The notes under the pieces were generated by a model. That model had not been told where the DNA came from, searched no databases, and saw nothing but the letters and a program-made list of their open reading frames with translations. 39,255 nt of DNA, taken from IMG/VR virus record IMGVR_UViG_3300011008_000020, one strand, 5' to 3'. This document shows, piece by piece, positions 8,313 through 16,119 of this stretch; the stretch's first letter is position 1, and every line of letters starts with the position of its first letter. Source of the stretch: a virus (taxonomy: Duplodnaviria; Heunggongvirae; Uroviricota; Caudoviricetes). The position numbers were made by a program, and so were the translations under genes.

Positions 8313-9531
8313 TCTATTGGCGTCAAGCATAGGTAACAGATTTCTTCGGGGAAGCTGTCAAGGAAAAGGGTGGAGATTTTCCGGCAGGGAGACATAATGT
8401 AACGTACAGCCCTATGCAGCCGGAAAATACAACCCGGCCTTGACAGCGTCGCCAAGTGATACAATGTTGCCAGGGCGGCGTCAGCCGGCCTTGTGTGCCA
8501 TTACATCACCGCCAGGTAATCCGCGAGCACCTGATTGGGAGAGCGAAGCCCCAGGCAGTGCTTGATGTAGTCATTGGATTTCTTCTGGTAGACCGCCAGC
8601 TGCTTTTTGCCATCCTCCAGGCTGTACATCCGCAGGCGGTCATAGAACCGCTGCTGGTCGATGCGGTGCTGGCGTTCCACCTTTCCATTATGGCGGGGTG
8701 TAGCGATACGGATGCGGTGATAGAGGATACCGTACTCCTTCAGCTTGAGTTCAAACAGGCTCTTGTCGTTCGGGTCGTTGGAGATCAACGCCTTGGTGAA
8801 CTCCGTGCCGTTGTCCGTCTGAATCTCACGAATCGGGAAGGGACAGCGCTGGATCAACTCAATCAGAAACGCTTCTGCACTGTAGGTGCTGTGCTCGTCG
8901 TACATCTGCCGATAGGTCCACCGGGTGCACTCGTCCACAGCCGTGAACTGGTAGTACTTCCTGCCATCCGCTATGCACGCCTCCGGTACAAACTTCACGT
9001 CCACCTGCACCTTTTGCCCCGGATACTCCGCCCGCTGGTACGGCTTGTTCTTCCGTGCTTTGCGCCGCTTGTTTCCCTTCGCTGCTTTCAGCTTGGCGAC
9101 CATCCGTTTGAATCCGCCGTAGCTTCGCGTATACCCGTACTTCTCCCGCAGCTCCTGATAGGCCAGTATCAGGTCTTCCCAGTGATGCTTCTTTGCGAGC
9201 CGACGGATTTGCCGTATCTCCTCCGGCGTATGCGCCCGCGGCGATCTGTGCGGCCGTCGGCTCCGCTCCACCAGGCTTTGCCACGTCCCGTCATACCGCT
9301 TCAGCCACTTGTACAGCGTCTTTCGGCTGATCTTGTACCGTATCGCTGTTTCTGTACCGTTCCCGTGCTTCAGATAATACTCCAGAAAACGTTGACGCGC
9401 ATGTGCTTCTTGTGTTATCCTGTTCATGCAGAGAGCCTTTCCTGTGATAGTTGTTGGTGTGGTAACCTTATTCTATCACTTGGCTCTCTGTTTTGCTTCC
9501 CTCCCTGTTACCTTTCTATTGTACCAAAACA
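8313..9531 (-). mobile_element. IS481-like insertion sequence, 1219 bp
   Basis: Imperfect 27-bp terminal IRs (5'-TGTTTTGG.. at 9531, 5'-TCTATTGG.. at 8313, shared AGGTAACAG block), DDE transposase, flanking 26-bp DR. Confidence 0.88.
8501..9427 (-). CDS. DDE transposase (IS481/integrase-core type with N-terminal HTH)
   Basis: HTH ISRKTLYKWLKRY; catalytic QVDVK, IQTDNGTEF, NGKVERQHR. Confidence 0.92.
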   Translation of the reverse strand: MNRITQEAHARQRFLEYYLKHGNGTETAIRYKISRKTLYKWLKRYDGTWQSLVERSRRPHRSPRAHTPEEIRQIRRLAKKHHWEDLILAYQELREKYGYTRSYGGFKRMVAKLKAAKGNKRRKARKNKPYQRAEYPGQKVQVDVKFVPEACIADGRKYYQFTAVDECTRWTYRQMYDEHSTYSAEAFLIELIQRCPFPIREIQTDNGTEFTKALISNDPNDKSLFELKLKEYGILYHRIRIATPRHNGKVERQHRIDQQRFYDRLRMYSLEDGKKQLAVYQKKSNDYIKHCLGLRSPNQVLADYLAVM

Positions 9532-9557
9532 AGGAGGCAAAATCTTATGACAAACGC
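9532..9557. repeat. 26-bp direct repeat, right copy (contains RBS and ATG of downstream gene)
   Basis: Identical to 8287-8312. Confidence 0.9.
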
Positions 9558-9876
9558 GCAGATCATCTTCATGGAATCCTGCCGACTGATGGAGGAAGGC
9601 ATCATCGGAACCACGGGCCGCAAGCTGCTTACCGAGCTGCCGGACGGCACCACCAAGGAGCTGATGGAACCCGAACCCATCCACACCTACAGGACGTGGA
9701 AGTCGCTCGGCTATCAGGTCAAGAAGGGTGAGAAGAACATCGCCGCCTTCACGATCTGGAAGGCCCACACCAAGAAGGCCGAGGCCGACGACGAGGAAGG
9801 CAGCAAGGAAGAGACGCGCATGTTTATGAAGACGGCGCACTTCTTCAAGATCAGCCAGTGCGAGAAGATCGCATAA
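9547..9876 (+). CDS. ArdC-like N-terminal ssDNA-binding domain protein
   Basis: HTYRTWKSLGYQVKKGEK motif and C-terminal aromatic FFxxSQ; RBS AGGAGG. Confidence 0.65.
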   Translation: MTNAQIIFMESCRLMEEGIIGTTGRKLLTELPDGTTKELMEPEPIHTYRTWKSLGYQVKKGEKNIAAFTIWKAHTKKAEADDEEGSKEETRMFMKTAHFFKISQCEKIA

Positions 9877-9926
9877 CCAACGAGGTCGAAGGGGGTGGTG
9901 ATTCCACCCCCAGAAAGGAGCCGGAT

Positions 9927-10292
9927 ATGACACACGAGCAGATGGAAAAGGTCAACGCCCAGATCATCAAGATCATCGGCGAGCGCCCGGTGACGAACCG
10001 CATGGCGACGCCGGAGGAAATGAACGCCAAGCGCAAGTGGGACAAGGCGAAGGATGACCTCTGGAAGCTGGTCAACAAGTACGGCCCGGACGTCATCACC
10101 GGCGACGCGATGGTATTCTACGGCAGTGGCCGCGCCGAAGGATATACGCCGAAGGGCAAGCGGGTCGAATGGTACAGGAACCACGGCCACACGCGCCGGA
10201 GCCTCTACTGTGGCACGCTGTTCATCGACGGCGAGACGATCTTCACCAGCGGCACGGTCGCCAAGTGTTTCGAGTATATCTTCACCCACTAA
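9927..10292 (+). CDS. hypothetical early protein
   Basis: ATG 9927 after hairpin and GAAAGGAG. Confidence 0.7.
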   Translation: MTHEQMEKVNAQIIKIIGERPVTNRMATPEEMNAKRKWDKAKDDLWKLVNKYGPDVITGDAMVFYGSGRAEGYTPKGKRVEWYRNHGHTRRSLYCGTLFIDGETIFTSGTVAKCFEYIFTH

Positions 10293-10334
10293 ACGACAGC
10301 CCGCCCGTGGGCCTTGTACGCGGGCCTTGGAGGC

Positions 10335-10760
10335 ATGAATATGAATCAGGTCAAAGCAACACTCACCAGCTTCAAGGATGTTCAGGATATGGTCGCCGGG
10401 CGCGAACTGCCGATTGGTGGCTACAACGAGGACGGCGAGTTCGTGATGGTCATCCAAGGCCGCACGGAGGAGGATTTGGGCCGGTCGTACCAGATCGAGA
10501 CCCTGCAGAGCAACGGATGGAGCCGCATCAACACCTACTGGGAGGACGGCACCAAGGAAGAAACCTACAAGCGCAGCAGCGAGGAAACGATGTCGGCTTC
10601 CAAGAAGGGGCTGGAAGATGCCCTGAACGAGTGGGTCGGCAAGGTGATGCGGACGTACACCGAGAAGCTGCGGAAGGGTGGCGGTGTCAACACCCTCGGC
10701 ATGATCAAGGACGTGGACAAGATCATCGCGGACGCCTTCGGCCACGACACGGTGCTGTAA
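10335..10760 (+). CDS. hypothetical early protein
   Basis: ATG 10335/10341 after GGAGG. Confidence 0.7.
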   Translation: MNMNQVKATLTSFKDVQDMVAGRELPIGGYNEDGEFVMVIQGRTEEDLGRSYQIETLQSNGWSRINTYWEDGTKEETYKRSSEETMSASKKGLEDALNEWVGKVMRTYTEKLRKGGGVNTLGMIKDVDKIIADAFGHDTVL

Positions 10761-10807
10761 TGACTACGGCCTGCCGGGAGCCGTCAATCCCGGCAGATGG
10801 AGGTCTT

Positions 10808-11212
10808 ATGACTTACAAGGAATCAATCGAGGCCATGAGGCGCGAGTGGCGCGACAGGAAGGTTGAGTTCGAGGGCGCGATCTACAACGTCGTCGATGTG
10901 GACTACAACGGCTCGCTGCTGATCGACAAGCCAGCCGAGTTCACGGCCACGACGGCGGTGCAGGTCGGCATGGTGAAGCTGCTCGATGGCGCAGGTGAGG
11001 CCGGTGGCGGCGCTCCCATGAATAAGTTTGCGAGGGCGATAAAGCAGCAGCTTCTCGCGTATCAGCGCCAGCTTGCTGTGGCCGATACCACAACGCGAAT
11101 CTCCCTCGTGCGCGTGCAGATCAGCGCATACAAGCTCGGCTTGGAGACCTGCCTGAACCCTTCCTTCGTCGCCATGATGTTCGCGGACACCTTTGGCGAC
11201 GACAAGTTCTGA
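10808..11212 (+). CDS. hypothetical early protein (possibly two fused modules)
   Basis: ATG 10808 after hairpin and GGAGGT; Gly/Ala linker GAGEAGGGAP before a second Met. Confidence 0.6.
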   Translation: MTYKESIEAMRREWRDRKVEFEGAIYNVVDVDYNGSLLIDKPAEFTATTAVQVGMVKLLDGAGEAGGGAPMNKFARAIKQQLLAYQRQLAVADTTTRISLVRVQISAYKLGLETCLNPSFVAMMFADTFGDDKF

Positions 11213-11227
11213 TCGGGCACAGCCGCC

Positions 11228-11276
11228 AGCGGAGGCAGGGCCTCTCCTCTCCCCTTGCCTTCGCTAAATTTTTTCT
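11228..11276 (+). terminator. probable intrinsic terminator upstream of P2
   Basis: AGCGGAGGCAGGG / CCCTTGCCTTCGCT stem (with GU pairs) followed by a T-rich tract. Confidence 0.55.
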
Positions 11277-11280
11277 TCAT

Positions 11281-11326
11281 TTATTGCATTTTGCTACTTG
11301 ACAGAATGTAATAAACGTGGTATTAT
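11281..11326 (+). promoter_or_regulatory. early promoter P2 with palindromic operator
   Basis: TTGACA (11298-11303)-17 nt-TATTAT (11321-11326), extended TG; arms TTATTGCATTTTG / CAGAATGTAATAA. Confidence 0.88.
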
Positions 11327-11362
11327 AGTCCCAGAACGAAACGAGAGCGGAGGGGCACCACG

Positions 11363-11680
11363 ATGAAGAACATCAAAATCACCCAGATCAACGATAGCAT
11401 CAAAAACGGTTGGGTCGTCAAGGCAGATACAAAGCGCTTCGGAGAAGACCAGATCATGTTCGAGGGCGGCTACGAGGAGTGCTGGAAGTACATCAAGCAC
11501 ATCGCCGATCTCGCCAGTTGGATCTCGGTCAGCGTGATCGTGAACGGAAAGCGGGACGATGTGAGCCTCTGGCGAATCTCCGTCATCTACGACCTCGAAG
11601 ACATCTTCCCGAAGTTTTACTTCCCGAACCACATCAATCCGATTGACGTCGAGAAGCTGCACGAACTGATAGATTGCTAA
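11363..11680 (+). CDS. hypothetical early protein
   Basis: First ORF after P2; GGAGG RBS. Confidence 0.7.
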   Translation: MKNIKITQINDSIKNGWVVKADTKRFGEDQIMFEGGYEECWKYIKHIADLASWISVSVIVNGKRDDVSLWRISVIYDLEDIFPKFYFPNHINPIDVEKLHELIDC

Positions 11681-11735
11681 GAAGAACAGACCGACGATGG
11701 GCCGGGCCAAGCGCCCGGCAGAAAGGAAGGACACC

Positions 11736-12035
11736 ATGAAGATACCGAAGTTTGTGCAGGAGATCATGGAGCGCTCGAAGTTCGCGCTGGGCGAGGGTGA
11801 CCCCGGATATACAATCGAAGTCCGAAAGGAGACCCCTTACACCTACGCCGATACCTTCCAGCGAGAGATTGAGCGGCTGGTGGCTTGGGCGAATCGCGTG
11901 GTTCCTCACATCGAGGATGTTCCGAACGCGATCATCAACAGGGTGCCGACCAAGACCCGCCACGAGTTCCAGTATGCGACGGTCACGATCTACGACCCTA
12001 TCATGCAGCAGATCGAGAAGTACATCGCCGGATAG
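11736..12035 (+). CDS. hypothetical early protein
   Basis: ATG 11736 after hairpin and GAAAGGAAGG. Confidence 0.7.
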   Translation: MKIPKFVQEIMERSKFALGEGDPGYTIEVRKETPYTYADTFQREIERLVAWANRVVPHIEDVPNAIINRVPTKTRHEFQYATVTIYDPIMQQIEKYIAG

Positions 12036-12074
12036 ACGCCGCCCCAGAACCAAAGGACAAAAGGAGGAAATCAA

Positions 12075-12266
12075 ATGCTGTTTGAAGTTAAATGGATGGA
12101 CGCTGATCTTTGGTCGCACAAGGGTTTTGTAAACGCCGACAACAGGTACGAGGCTCAGGACATCGCCCAGAGGGTACTCACTGAGCAGTGCATCATTACG
12201 AAGGTTGATTATGCTTCGGATGGTGAGTTCAACCCGGATATGGTCACACTCAACGAGGCGCTCTGA
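12075..12266 (+). CDS. small acidic hypothetical protein
   Basis: RBS AAGGAGG. Confidence 0.65.
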   Translation: MLFEVKWMDADLWSHKGFVNADNRYEAQDIAQRVLTEQCIITKVDYASDGEFNPDMVTLNEAL

Positions 12267-12312
12267 CCGATGAACCCGCCGCAGAGGTCACGATGGCAGA
12301 AAGGAGCCACAC

Positions 12313-12627
12313 ATGAGACTGAACTACTACCGATTCCCGGACGACGCGCCGGTGGCCGTGATGGTCGCCAATGGGTGCGAGGGCGTCCGCGAGGATGGCC
12401 GGACGATGCACTACTGGCAGGCCGAGGAGATCACCGACTGGACGGGCATCACCGTCGAGGACAAGACGCTGGGCGGCATCAAGGTCAGCGCGGCAAAGGA
12501 ACTCCTCAAGCAGTATGGCGGCTCCGCGTGGACGGAGCACTGCGACAGGGACGGGGGATGCTTCGAGGTCACGGAGATCACCCTCAAGGGCAACAACAGC
12601 CGGTTCAAGTACAATCACCACCTGTGA
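12313..12627 (+). CDS. hypothetical early protein
   Basis: RBS GAAAGGAG; GC3 bias. Confidence 0.7.
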   Translation: MRLNYYRFPDDAPVAVMVANGCEGVREDGRTMHYWQAEEITDWTGITVEDKTLGGIKVSAAKELLKQYGGSAWTEHCDRDGGCFEVTEITLKGNNSRFKYNHHL

Positions 12628-12639
12628 GGAGGAGAGGAA

Positions 12640-12912
12640 ATGGCAAGGAGCAATCTGGAGTGGGAGGCCAGCCCGGCAGAGAAGTACGCCGAGGGGTACT
12701 GGGAGAAGAACGGCTTCACGGTGAAGCTGCTCAAGCGGTATCAGAGCAAGAGCATCTACGAGGTCAGTCGGGACGGGCTGACGCGCAAAGAGGAAATCCC
12801 CGACACGGTGCGGCGCTTCGGCGAGTACATGAAGCAGTTCCAGAAGGGCTGGGACATGGCGGTTGAGGTCGAGAGGCTGAGGCAACAGCTTCACGGCCAG
12901 AAGGAACAGTGA
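12640..12912 (+). CDS. hypothetical early protein
   Basis: RBS GAGGAGG. Confidence 0.7.
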   Translation: MARSNLEWEASPAEKYAEGYWEKNGFTVKLLKRYQSKSIYEVSRDGLTRKEEIPDTVRRFGEYMKQFQKGWDMAVEVERLRQQLHGQKEQ

Positions 12913-12960
12913 CCACAGCGCCCGCCCGGCGCAAGCCGGGCGGGCAGGAAGGAGACCATC

Positions 12961-13380
12961 ATGGCAAAGAGCAAGCGCTACGTCTACTACCAGCCGAACT
13001 CGAAGGACATCAAGGACGAGTACGGCGACTGCACCATCCGGGCCTTGAGCAAGGCGCTGGGCGTCTCGTGGCTGGAAGCCTTCGACATGACCATCCCGAT
13101 CATGCGCGACAACTGGGTGACAAACATCTTCGATGTGCCGGTCGAGGTCAGGAACAAGTTCCTCTGGGCGCTCGGCTTCAAGTACACGGGGGTGAGCAGC
13201 AAGAAGGGCAGCACCCGCCCCACGGTGGACAGCTTCGCCAAAGAGCACCCGAACGGCACGTTCATCCTCAAGGTCGCGCACCACGTCGTCGCCTGCGTGG
13301 ACGGCAAATACTATGACACGTGGGACAGCGGCTACAAGAGCCTGTACGGCTACTATGAGAAGGAGACCTGCCCGACATGA
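12961..13380 (+). CDS. putative papain-like (Cys-His-Asp) phage protein
   Basis: GDCTIRALS ... AHHVVACVDGKYYDTWDSG. Confidence 0.6.
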   Translation: MAKSKRYVYYQPNSKDIKDEYGDCTIRALSKALGVSWLEAFDMTIPIMRDNWVTNIFDVPVEVRNKFLWALGFKYTGVSSKKGSTRPTVDSFAKEHPNGTFILKVAHHVVACVDGKYYDTWDSGYKSLYGYYEKETCPT

Positions 13381-13406
13381 GCCGGGCAGGCAGGAAGGAG
13401 AACAAC

Positions 13407-13559
13407 ATGGTCGAGGTCACGTTTGAGTATGCCGACGAGATGTCGAACGGGGAGTGGCGCGAGCAATCCTGCGTCGTCTCCTCGGTGGAGGAGTGCAAGA
13501 GGATTTACGGGCTTGGCGTCGATTGCGATTATCGCATCACGTCGGTCAAGGAGGTGTGA
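13407..13559 (+). CDS. 50-aa hypothetical protein
   Basis: ATG 13407 after hairpin and GGAAGGAG. Confidence 0.6.
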   Translation: MVEVTFEYADEMSNGEWREQSCVVSSVEECKRIYGLGVDCDYRITSVKEV

Positions 13560-13562
13560 GCG

Positions 13563-13763
13563 ATGTTGAAGTGCGACGGCTACAAGATGTTCAAGGGTAC
13601 GGCTACCGTGACGCCGGTCAACGGCAAGCCGCCCTACGACATGACCGGCACGTGGCTGTTCAGGCCGGACACCAATTACTGGTATGTGGAGGACGGCAAG
13701 ACGTGGTGGGCGCAGGGCATTGACCCGTCGATGCTCAGTAACTTCCGCGAGGAGAACACCTGA
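13563..13763 (+). CDS. hypothetical protein
   Basis: RBS AAGGAGGT. Confidence 0.65.
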   Translation: MLKCDGYKMFKGTATVTPVNGKPPYDMTGTWLFRPDTNYWYVEDGKTWWAQGIDPSMLSNFREENT

Positions 13764-13861
13764 CAACGAGCGGCCCGGCATGGCTGTTTTTTATGGCGGT
13801 GGATGACACCGACAGAAACATCTTCGAGCCGTGCCGGGCTGCGAACAGAGGAGGCAAAGAT

Positions 13862-14230
13862 ATGTTTGACAAGAAGGCCGAGAGGATTGCCCGCGAGCGC
13901 GGCATCCTCGACATGATGGAGGCCCTTGAGGCCGACCTGATGAAGATCGAAGGCATCGTCGAGGTTCCCTTCGATCTGGACAACTACGGCGACGACGGAA
14001 TGTATCAGGTGATACTCGTCCCGAAGTACGACATCGACGTCAGGCGCGGGGACTACTTCGAGGCCCGGCGCGAGCAGCGCAAGGCGATCATCTGGACGTG
14101 CACGAAGCACGACCTCTGGCCGACCGGCGACCGCATCGAGGATTATGGGGAACACTGGTATTTCGTTCGACAGTGCGGCAAGACGTGGCCGTGCGCTGCG
14201 CAGGACAGCACCGAAAGGAAGGAGGCTTGA
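13862..14230 (+). CDS. hypothetical protein
   Basis: ATG 13862 after GAGGAGG. Confidence 0.7.
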   Translation: MFDKKAERIARERGILDMMEALEADLMKIEGIVEVPFDLDNYGDDGMYQVILVPKYDIDVRRGDYFEARREQRKAIIWTCTKHDLWPTGDRIEDYGEHWYFVRQCGKTWPCAAQDSTERKEA

Positions 14231-14232
14231 GC

Positions 14233-14565
14233 ATGGACATCCTCTGCAAGATGTATGATGGCGAACAGGAACGCACTCGTGTGTACCACAACATCGACCC
14301 GAACAGTCTGGTCGTTCAGGGCAGGAGCGTATACTTCGCCCACCCGGACTGCTGGCTTTCCGGCAACTGCGCAAACCGCTATCACATCGACTTCGGCGGC
14401 ATGGACTATCTGAGCAGCGACCCGGAGGACGTGGAGCGTGCCATGCAGGACATACCGGAGCTCGGTCGCGGCCTCTGCGTGAGCAGCAGAGACAGGGATA
14501 TTCAAGAAGCCCTCTGTGAGGCCGTAGGATGCCCCGTACAGCCCGCCGGAGGTGGTGTGGAGTGA
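14233..14565 (+). CDS. hypothetical protein
   Basis: ATG 14233 after AAGGAGG. Confidence 0.65.
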   Translation: MDILCKMYDGEQERTRVYHNIDPNSLVVQGRSVYFAHPDCWLSGNCANRYHIDFGGMDYLSSDPEDVERAMQDIPELGRGLCVSSRDRDIQEALCEAVGCPVQPAGGGVE

Positions 14566-14777
14566 CAGTCGTCGATAGCATGAAGCTGGCCGTCAGGTGG
14601 CTCCAGCGCGGGCGCTACACCATCAAAGAGTGCGAGCGCACCTTGAACTACCTGATCGACGAAGAAACAGCAGGTATTGAGGACGTGGACAAGCGCATCG
14701 AGACCGAGAAGATGCTCAAGCGCAAGGCATGGCGGCTTCTGCTCGAAGCGACCAAAGGGCCTGCCCGGAGCCTGTAA
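14562..14777 (+). CDS. hypothetical protein
   Basis: GTGA overlap with previous stop; alternative ATG 14580. Confidence 0.55.
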   Translation: MTVVDSMKLAVRWLQRGRYTIKECERTLNYLIDEETAGIEDVDKRIETEKMLKRKAWRLLLEATKGPARSL

Positions 14778-14798
14778 TCCGGGTGAGAGGAGGATTTC

Positions 14799-15461
14799 AT
14801 GTTTACTGTAAAGCTGGACAACATGAACAACGCTGTCGAGATCGACGCAGGCAGCTCGAACTTCATTGACTTCTGTGAGAAGGAAATCGGCTGCGATGTC
14901 ATCGAGATCGTTCACCCCACGCGGCTCCGTGCTCCCTATGCCATCGTCATTGACGACTGTGGCAGCGTCCACGAGCTGCCCGTCAACCCCATCGCAAGCT
15001 GGCTGTATGGTATGGATGCTCATGGATGCCCGATTCTCGGCCCGGCGCTGTTGGTGAAAGACGTGATGACGGACAGCGGCCCGGACGTCACGCTTCTGGA
15101 CGCCGACGACGTGAAGATCGTTGCAGAGCTGCTGATGCGGCTGGGTGCCAACTTCAAACCGCTGCACCCGCAGGATGAAGCAAAGCCGAAGAGCGACCTC
15201 TATGAGTATCGCGGTGATGAGAGCACCGTCCGGGTGGAGTTGAAGGAGACCAAGACGGCCTTCATCATCCAGAAGGTGATGCAGACCGGCAAATGGATAG
15301 ACCCTCCGCTGGACGACGTGTTCCGGGACACGGACAAGTGCATCGTGAAGAAGGGCGGCAGCAAGCACGCCTTGACCTTCTGGGACGGCGGCTTTTGCCT
15401 CTACCCATTCCGGGCGGGCGTCCCCTTCGCCTTCGACCTCGTGAAAGGAGCGAAACAATGA
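14799..15461 (+). CDS. DUF3846-like domain protein with extra C-terminal domain
   Basis: IGCDVIEIV ... VIDDCG ... LPVNPIASWLY ... ILGPALLV pattern. Confidence 0.6.
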   Translation: MFTVKLDNMNNAVEIDAGSSNFIDFCEKEIGCDVIEIVHPTRLRAPYAIVIDDCGSVHELPVNPIASWLYGMDAHGCPILGPALLVKDVMTDSGPDVTLLDADDVKIVAELLMRLGANFKPLHPQDEAKPKSDLYEYRGDESTVRVELKETKTAFIIQKVMQTGKWIDPPLDDVFRDTDKCIVKKGGSKHALTFWDGGFCLYPFRAGVPFAFDLVKGAKQ

Positions 15462-15736
15462 AGTGCTGCACCATCGTGAACATCGTGGACGCCGATGTCT
15501 GCACCGTCAGCCTGTCCGCCCTCAATCGCTACCTGCGCAAGTATGAGAAGCAGGCCCGCGAGCTGCTCAAGCGCACCAAGATGAAGCACGTCCTCTACGG
15601 CATCATGCACGATGCCGGGAGCGACAACGCAAGCTGCCACGTGTTGAAGCTGCGGCCCTGCACGGACGAGTACCTGCGCAGGTGCTTCCCGGCTTCCAAC
15701 ACCAGCAAGACGCCGCTGACAGTCTCCCGAAAATAA
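15458..15736 (+). CDS. hypothetical protein
   Basis: ATGA overlap, RBS AAAGGAG. Confidence 0.6.
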   Translation: MKCCTIVNIVDADVCTVSLSALNRYLRKYEKQARELLKRTKMKHVLYGIMHDAGSDNASCHVLKLRPCTDEYLRRCFPASNTSKTPLTVSRK

Positions 15737-15740
15737 CAGA

Positions 15741-15786
15741 TTATTTCATTTTGCTAATAGACAAAATAGAATAAACGTGGTAAAAT
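15741..15786 (+). promoter_or_regulatory. early promoter P3 with palindromic operator
   Basis: TAGACA (15758-15763)-17 nt-TAAAAT (15781-15786), extended TG; arms TTATTTCATTTTG / CAAAATAGAATAA. Confidence 0.82.
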
Positions 15787-15808
15787 ATCAAGGAGAGGAG
15801 GCATCCGC

Positions 15809-16087
15809 GTGGATGAGTTCTACAAGGACTACGAGCTGGATGACGCAGAGGTCGTCAATGCGATTCGCAAGGCTGCGGACGACTACGAGAAGGGCGAGAA
15901 GCTGGTAGCCGCCAACACGCTCGAAGCGATCAGCCATGCAATCAGGGAGTACATCGACGACGAGCCGCTGGTTCACGATCAGCACTTGGATGTCATGGCT
16001 GCGTTGTATGGACTGACTCGCGAGCCGGGAGAGACCAATCGGCAGCTCAAGCACAGGATTCTCGATTTCATCAACTCAAGACCATAG
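15809..16087 (+). CDS. acidic hypothetical protein
   Basis: GTG start after GAGGAGG; first ORF after P3. Confidence 0.7.
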   Translation: MDEFYKDYELDDAEVVNAIRKAADDYEKGEKLVAANTLEAISHAIREYIDDEPLVHDQHLDVMAALYGLTREPGETNRQLKHRILDFINSRP

Positions 16088-16119
16088 TCAGCAAAAGATT
16101 GAAGAATGGAGTGATATAG

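Noticed and set aside
8388-8402. IS hairpin loop GGAGACATAATGTAA matches the target GGAGGCAAAATCTTA at 11 of 15 positions (guide-like)
   Set aside because: A match this weak is plausible by chance given the number of alignments tried. It would need loop-target covariation across other IS copies to be credible.
8440-8465. TTGACA...TACAAT inside the IS on the + strand
   Set aside because: The spacer is only 14 nt. The TTGACA is part of the hairpin arm, and at best only an extended -10 remains.
7929-15774. 13-8-13 palindromes as active tyrosine-recombinase (loxP-like) sites
   Set aside because: The 8-bp cores differ (CCCCTTGA, CTACTTGA, CTAATAGA), whereas strand exchange normally needs matching cores. 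No recombinase is in the window, and the fixed phasing to the promoter fits an operator better.
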